Origin: a bacterium
GTDB taxonomy: Bacteria > Zhuqueibacterota > Zhuqueibacteria > Residuimicrobiales > Krinioviventaceae
NCBI GenBank assembly: GCA_963675755.2
Contig: CAXXMD010000002.1
Location: forward strand, 1,152,001 to 1,216,000
Direction: 5' to 3'
Length of the DNA: 64,000 nt
Part shown: in pieces, positions 58,479 to 64,000 of the stretch
How positions within the stretch are numbered: the first letter of the stretch is position 1
Layout of the letters: every line of letters starts with the position of its first letter
Made by a program: the position numbers and the translations under genes
Notes under the pieces: model-generated
The model's input: only the letters and a program-made list of their open reading frames with translations
Databases searched by the model: none
Told to the model about the DNA's origin: nothing

Positions 58479-61186
58479 AGATCAAACATTTTATCCTGAT
58501 GATTTTTGTTTCAAGTCAAATTCTGACAGCTGAGCCGAACATCTCTGCTGAAAATCGACCCTGGACCCGCTGGTGGTGGCCGGCAAGCGCGGTCGATTCA
58601 GCCGGAATTACGTTTCAGATGGAATCCTTTCATAAAGCAGGTATGGGTGGAGTAGAGATTACACCGATTTATGGTGCAAAAGGCTATGAAGACCGCTTTA
58701 TCGACTTTTTATCCCCCCATTGGGTGGATATGCTCCAGTTTACACTGGACGAGGCTGACCGCCTTGGTCTGCAAGTGGATATGAACAACGGTACAGGCTG
58801 GCCTTTTGGTGGACCTCAAATCACGCCTGAACTGGCGGCCTGCAAGGTTGAAATTGTAGAACTGCTGGCAGATTCTGTTTTGGTATCCCCTCAAAAGCTG
58901 TTGGGAATAGTAGTTCATGATAAAAAGAACAAGATTATCACTACAGATTTTATAAAGTCTTTATCAAAACTTGAATCCCAAACAGTAACGGCTATCTATG
59001 AAGGCAGAACACGTCAAAAAGTAAAACGGTCAGCTCCCGGTGGTGAAGGCTGGGTAATGGATCATTACTCCACCCTTGCAACAGATACATATCTTGACCG
59101 ATTCAGTGAGACCATCCCGGTTGAGGTCATGTCACGTGTTCGCACCATCTTTAATGACTCGTATGAAGTTTACGGTGCCAACTGGACCCCGGACATGTTT
59201 GCTGAATTTGAAAAACGCCGCGGTTACAAATTAACAGACCACCTGGATGCCCTGGCAGGTTTGGGAGATGAAGACACCGTTGCACGTGTTAAATCCGATT
59301 ATCGTGAAACCATTGGTGATTTACTTTTAGAACATTTCACCCAACGCTGGACAAATTGGGCGCACAAACAAGGCACCTTGACACGCAACCAGGCCCATGG
59401 CTCACCCGGAAACCTGCTCGATCTTTACGCAACAGTAGATATTCCGGAAACTGAGATATTCGGCCCCACACGGACTCATGTACAAAACCTGAAAATTGAT
59501 CCTGATTTTCCAACAGAGGGACGTATTCCTCCCGATCTGTTTATGATGAAATTTGCATCGTCAGCAGCAAACGTTACCGGTAAAAAGCTGACATCCTCAG
59601 AGTCATTTACCTGGCTGGGTGAGCATTTTAAAACCGCACTTTCTCAATGTAAACCCGAGATTGACCACATGTTTATCAGCGGTATTAACCACATCCTGTT
59701 TCATGGTACGTGTTATTCTCCCCAAGATGCGCCCTGGCCCGGATGGTTGTTTTATGCATCCGTGCAATTTGGCCCCGACAATTCAATCTGGCAGGACCTG
59801 CCTGCAATGACCGAATATATTACCAACTGTCAAAACATGCTGCAAAATTCTACGCATACCAATGAAGTTTTGATATACTGGCCCATTTATGACATCTATT
59901 ATGATGCAAAAGGGCTCATGAAAACCTTTACCGTCCACGGTATCGACGAATGGCTCTATCCTACTGATTTTTACCAGACTGCAAAATTACTGCATCAGAA
60001 TGGAATTTCATTTGATTACATTTCAGACCATCTGCTTGAATCAGTAAATGTTAAAGACGGACATTTAATCACAGCCGGTGGCCCATACAAAACCATTATT
60101 GTTCCTGAAACACAGTTCATGCCGGTTTCGACTCTCGAAAAGCTCTATTCTCTTGCAGAAAATGGAGCAACCGTATTATTCCACAATCAGTATCCACACG
60201 ATGTACCAGGATTCAATGATCTGAAAAATCGCAGAAAAGACCTGAAACATTGTGCGGAAAAGGGAGCAAAGTTAACCGGTAACCGCTTTGCTGTAACCGA
60301 TCACATCCTCCCCGATCTTGACAGATTAAACGTCAACAAAGAAAATCTGGCAGATTCAGGTTTGGTATACATAAAAAAGAATTATAATGGTAAACCCTTG
60401 TATTTTGTTAGCAACTTGACCTCAAAACCGGTAAACGGATGGATCCCCTTTAATGTCAAATCCGAATCGGTTTGGGTATGGTTGTGGAAACCCATCCAGA
60501 ACCATCTGGGTAAAGGTCAAATTGTTCAAATGAGTGATTCTGAATCAGCTGTTTATTTACAAATAGAATCCGGTGAATCGGTTCTCTTGCTGTTTGATTT
60601 TGAATTGCCGCAGGAATTCAAAAACCTGCGTAAAGGCGACAATCCGGTTCTTTTAGCAGGTCCATGGGATCTGGAATTCACTCAGGGCGGCCCGGAATTA
60701 CCCAACTCTGCCACAATGGAATCTCTAAAATCATGGACAGAGTTGGATGACAAGGAATGTCAACGCTTTGCTGGTACGGGTAAATACACAACCACCTTTG
60801 ACAAACCGGACATGCAGGCAGACGAATGGCAGCTGGATCTTGGCAAAGTCTGCGAAAGTGCCAAAATCCGGTTAAATGGGAAAGACCTGGGTACGGTATG
60901 GTGCCTGCCCTTTAACCTCACATTTCCGGCAAAATTGCTTAAAGACAAAGGTAATACACTTGAAATTGAGGTTACCAACCTTTCCGCAAACCGAATCAAA
61001 GAACTGGAACAACGCGGTGTAGAATGGAAACGTTTTTACGAAATTAACTTTGTAAATATAAATTATAAACCTTTTGATGCTTCTGATTGGGAGCTGGTAC
61101 CCTCGGGACTTTTGGGTCCTGTTCAGCTTTTTCCCATGCATTATTTTAAACCGGACGTACATTTGATCAACAAATCGGAGTTATAA
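58475..61186 (+). CDS. Glycoside hydrolase family 106 (alpha-L-rhamnosidase-like)
   Basis: RPWTRWWWPASAV, GGVEITPIYG, GTGWPFGGP, FNDSYE, NQAHGSPGN, PETE, SSESFTW, SGLLGPV; TTG start overlapping the upstream stop. Confidence 0.88.
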   Translation: MKIKHFILMIFVSSQILTAEPNISAENRPWTRWWWPASAVDSAGITFQMESFHKAGMGGVEITPIYGAKGYEDRFIDFLSPHWVDMLQFTLDEADRLGLQVDMNNGTGWPFGGPQITPELAACKVEIVELLADSVLVSPQKLLGIVVHDKKNKIITTDFIKSLSKLESQTVTAIYEGRTRQKVKRSAPGGEGWVMDHYSTLATDTYLDRFSETIPVEVMSRVRTIFNDSYEVYGANWTPDMFAEFEKRRGYKLTDHLDALAGLGDEDTVARVKSDYRETIGDLLLEHFTQRWTNWAHKQGTLTRNQAHGSPGNLLDLYATVDIPETEIFGPTRTHVQNLKIDPDFPTEGRIPPDLFMMKFASSAANVTGKKLTSSESFTWLGEHFKTALSQCKPEIDHMFISGINHILFHGTCYSPQDAPWPGWLFYASVQFGPDNSIWQDLPAMTEYITNCQNMLQNSTHTNEVLIYWPIYDIYYDAKGLMKTFTVHGIDEWLYPTDFYQTAKLLHQNGISFDYISDHLLESVNVKDGHLITAGGPYKTIIVPETQFMPVSTLEKLYSLAENGATVLFHNQYPHDVPGFNDLKNRRKDLKHCAEKGAKLTGNRFAVTDHILPDLDRLNVNKENLADSGLVYIKKNYNGKPLYFVSNLTSKPVNGWIPFNVKSESVWVWLWKPIQNHLGKGQIVQMSDSESAVYLQIESGESVLLLFDFELPQEFKNLRKGDNPVLLAGPWDLEFTQGGPELPNSATMESLKSWTELDDKECQRFAGTGKYTTTFDKPDMQADEWQLDLGKVCESAKIRLNGKDLGTVWCLPFNLTFPAKLLKDKGNTLEIEVTNLSANRIKELEQRGVEWKRFYEINFVNINYKPFDASDWELVPSGLLGPVQLFPMHYFKPDVHLINKSEL

Positions 61187-62785
61187 ATGAGCAAGAAAAT
61201 CAATCGTCGTCAATTCTTATCACGTACAACTACCGGTATTGGTGCAATTACTGCGGGTAGTCTGTTAAGCAATTTGGGTTGCGCCAAAACAACCAAACGT
61301 CCCAATATACTTTTAGTTATGGTAGATGATATGGGTTATTCGGATCTGGGCTGCTATGGATCAGAGATAGACACCCCAAATGTCAACAGCCTTGCCCAAA
61401 ATGGTATTCGCTTTACCCGGTTTTATAATGCATCCCGATGCTGTCCTACCCGGGCATCACTCATGACCGGTCTCTATCCTCACGAAGCCGGAATTGGTGA
61501 TATGGTGGGTACAAAATATAACATGCCCTCTTATCAGGGGTACCTGAACGATGAATCTGTGACTATAGCAGAAGTCATGAAATCCGCTGGTTATACCACG
61601 CTCATGTCCGGTAAATGGCATGTGGGTGAAGATAAGCCACACTGGCCTTGTGACCGTGGATTTGACCGCTACTTTGGTCTCATCAGCGGAGCAGCCAATT
61701 ACTGGGATATTACCAAAGGCAAAGCCCCCAATGTAAATCGTCAAATGGCACTGGATAATGATCCATGGAGGCCTCCTCAAGAGGGATTTTACATGACTGA
61801 TGCCATAACCGATCATGCGGTAGAATTTTTAGATGAAAATATTTCAGATACCAAACCCTTTTTCATGTACCTTGCTTTTACTGCCCCACACTGGCCTCTG
61901 CATGCATGGCCCCAGGATATTGCCAAATACAAAGGCAAGTATATGATGGGCTGGGACGAACTCCGTCGTATTCGCTATAAACGCATGGTAGAAATGGGTA
62001 TCATTGATGAAAAATGGGATCTGAGTCCCCGTGACCCTCAAGCCATGGCCTGGGAAGAAGTTAAAGATAAAGAATTGATGGATTCCAAAATGGCAACTTA
62101 TGCCGCCATGCTTGACCGCATGGATCAGAACCTGGGCAGAGTTTTGAACAAGATCAAAGAAAAAGGTCAGGAAGAAAACACATTAATCATGTTCCTGTCT
62201 GATAATGGTGCATGCCATGAGAGTGGTCCATTGGGATTTGATCGCAGGAATAATGGCCTGCCGGTTGGTGGTGTGGATTCGTACATGAGTTATGGATTGA
62301 GCTGGTCTAATGCCGGCAACACTCCCTTTCGTATGCACAAACACTGGGTGCACGAAGGCGGAATATCAACTCCATTTATCGCCAAGTGGCCGGAAGTGAT
62401 CAAGAATACCGGTGGGTTAAATACCGAAACCGGGCATATTGTAGACGTCATGGCTACGTGTGTGGATGCTGCAGGTGCAAAGTATCCTGAAACATTTAAT
62501 GGAAAATCCATTAAACCCATGCGTGGTAAAAGTCTGGTGCCTGTATTTAAAACCGGTAAACGAGACGGTCACGAATATCTGTTCTGGGAGCATGAAGGCA
62601 ACAAAGCCGTCCGTCACGGTAATTGGAAACTGGTATCCAAAGATAATGGCGAATGGGAATTGTATGATCTTGAACAGGACCGCAGCGAGCTGAACAACCT
62701 GGCAAAATCTAAACCCCAGCAGGTTGAACAATTAATTGCAAAATGGACAGAATGGGCCAAAGAAGTAGGCGTATACCTGGGATAA
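61187..62785 (+). CDS. Arylsulfatase (Cys-type formylglycine sulfatase), Tat signal
   Basis: NRRQFL, PNILLVMVDDMG, CCPTRASLMTG, GKWH, APHWPLHA, SDNG. Confidence 0.94.
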   Translation: MSKKINRRQFLSRTTTGIGAITAGSLLSNLGCAKTTKRPNILLVMVDDMGYSDLGCYGSEIDTPNVNSLAQNGIRFTRFYNASRCCPTRASLMTGLYPHEAGIGDMVGTKYNMPSYQGYLNDESVTIAEVMKSAGYTTLMSGKWHVGEDKPHWPCDRGFDRYFGLISGAANYWDITKGKAPNVNRQMALDNDPWRPPQEGFYMTDAITDHAVEFLDENISDTKPFFMYLAFTAPHWPLHAWPQDIAKYKGKYMMGWDELRRIRYKRMVEMGIIDEKWDLSPRDPQAMAWEEVKDKELMDSKMATYAAMLDRMDQNLGRVLNKIKEKGQEENTLIMFLSDNGACHESGPLGFDRRNNGLPVGGVDSYMSYGLSWSNAGNTPFRMHKHWVHEGGISTPFIAKWPEVIKNTGGLNTETGHIVDVMATCVDAAGAKYPETFNGKSIKPMRGKSLVPVFKTGKRDGHEYLFWEHEGNKAVRHGNWKLVSKDNGEWELYDLEQDRSELNNLAKSKPQQVEQLIAKWTEWAKEVGVYLG

Positions 62786-62834
62786 TTTATAAAGCTTGAG
62801 CGGTCAAATACCGCTTTCGCTTTTGGAGAATATT

Positions 62835-63317
62835 ATGAAAAAAACATGGATCTTGTTCCTCTTGCTATCCATTGTAATATCCAGTTGTGAAAAAATGGAT
62901 AAAAAATCCACAACTGTATCAGAAACTGAAACGATTAAAGATCAAACTCCTACTGAGATTATCATTTCAAAAGAACTGGAAGCTCTTACTCGCTGGAGCC
63001 ATGGTGATCCATATGGTTATATTGATATTGCGGCAGATGATATCACCTATTATGCCGAAGGTTGCGATACATTGATTACAGGAATCAAAGATTTTACATC
63101 TGTGAATGCTGCACTTGAAGGCAAGATAAGTATTCCACACCTTGAACTCAAAAACCCCAAAGTGGAAATGTACGGTAATGTGGGTATATTTACTTTTGTT
63201 CTGCACAATTTCAATGATGAACGGGAGCTCACATCTCGCTGGAAAACAACCGAAGTTTATGAAAAAATAGACAACGATTGGAAGCTGGTACATTCCCACT
63301 GGTCACTTGTGAGATAA
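62835..63317 (+). CDS. NTF2/SnoaL-like (DUF4440) lipoprotein
   Basis: Lipobox SSC; RWKTTEVY...WKLVHSHWS. Confidence 0.8.
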   Translation: MKKTWILFLLLSIVISSCEKMDKKSTTVSETETIKDQTPTEIIISKELEALTRWSHGDPYGYIDIAADDITYYAEGCDTLITGIKDFTSVNAALEGKISIPHLELKNPKVEMYGNVGIFTFVLHNFNDERELTSRWKTTEVYEKIDNDWKLVHSHWSLVR

Positions 63318-63349
63318 ATAAATAAACATTGAATAGTAATGTGATTTTT

Positions 63350-63384
63350 AAAATCCCGAGCAATTAGATTACTCGGGATTTTTT
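63350..63384 (+). terminator. Rho-independent terminator
   Basis: AAAATCCCGAG...CTCGGGATTTTTT. Confidence 0.8.
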
Positions 63385-63604
63385 ATTTCTGGTTCTAAAA
63401 CTCTACCTTACTCCTAAATACAATCCCGTTCCAGGGCAGAGTACAAGAATGAGATAAAAAACTTGGAAACTCTTTTTCTGGTTCCAAGCTAGAGTATAGG
63501 ATTGAAAGAGAATAAATTTATGTAACATTTTACCAACTATCTGTGTATAATATTTATCAAGCTCAACATTATCTAAAATAAAATTCATAAATCTGAGGGG
63601 AATT

Positions 63605-64000
63605 ATGAAAGCTTTACAAATAGCATTCATTACAGTTCTACTCACAATCACAATCCAGGCACAAACGATTTCACAATATCCACACGCAGATACGGTTTAC
63701 ATCGAGTATCAAAATTCACCGATGGTTTTGCCTCAGGTAACAGAGCCAGTTACTGGCCCGGATATTATCATGTTAACCCCTCAAGATAGTACAAAATTTT
63801 GCATATACAATGGCACCAAAACCTACCTCCCTTATATCTTTTTTACAGTGAACGATTCTTTAAATGAATTTTATTATGATCTGTATATGGAAGCAGATCC
63901 AAAACAACCTTGGTGGCCTATGGTTGGCCTTTTTTTTGAAACTCCCCAAAAAACGCTAATTATGGGATTCTGGCTAAATTTGCGAATTTATGACTCGAAT
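63605..64000 (+). CDS. Secreted hypothetical protein, truncated by window end
   Basis: RBS GAGGGG; MKALQIAFITVLLTITIQAQ signal peptide; open to the end of the window. Confidence 0.7.
   Translation, partial: MKALQIAFITVLLTITIQAQTISQYPHADTVYIEYQNSPMVLPQVTEPVTGPDIIMLTPQDSTKFCIYNGTKTYLPYIFFTVNDSLNEFYYDLYMEADPKQPWWPMVGLFFETPQKTLIMGFWLNLRIYDSN

Noticed and set aside
63385-63500. Degenerate GGTTCC/CTTGGAA REP-like remnants
   Set aside because: Too decayed to define boundaries or family from sequence alone.
1-64000. tRNA, rRNA, riboswitch, transposase, integrase, prophage or hydrogenase maturase (hydEFG) genes
   Set aside because: No recognisable signatures by eye; covariance-model and HMM searches would be needed to exclude small RNAs.

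Overview
AT-rich (roughly 35-40% GC by eye) bacterial chromosomal window. The gene content (FlgD-Ig/T9SS-like C-terminal domain, GWxTD protein, many secreted sugar- and sulfate-acting enzymes) suggests an FCB-related lineage such as KSB1 or Calditrichota; this is inference. Bases 1-13.8k hold a minus-strand cluster in which a trimeric, probably electron-bifurcating [FeFe]-hydrogenase (hydC-hydB-hydA) is followed directly by a sensory [FeFe]-hydrogenase fused to a histidine kinase. The cluster also encodes two REC-PAS-kinases, three related stand-alone receivers, a pseudo-receiver, DRTGG/PHP/HATPase genes and an NtrC-type activator, with a sigma54-like promoter and a palindromic enhancer candidate. 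Bases 14-26k hold secreted or catabolic genes and an ABC-F gene, separated by mosaics of REP-like and ~9-12 nt periodic repeats. Bases 26-39k hold two hybrid kinases, htpG and a class Ic-type (Tyr->Phe) ribonucleotide reductase with tandem NrdR boxes. Bases 39.7-44.4k hold a small secreted-protein gene bracketed by a perfect 14-bp inverted repeat upstream of a beta-propeller/FlgD protein, then an FNR-box promoter driving a sigma-region-2-only protein and a membrane polyferredoxin. The rest encodes porin+MCP, a GWxTD protein, an oxidoreductase, mnmA, TauE, GH106 and a sulfatase. No rRNA, tRNA, CRISPR array or transposase was recognised.
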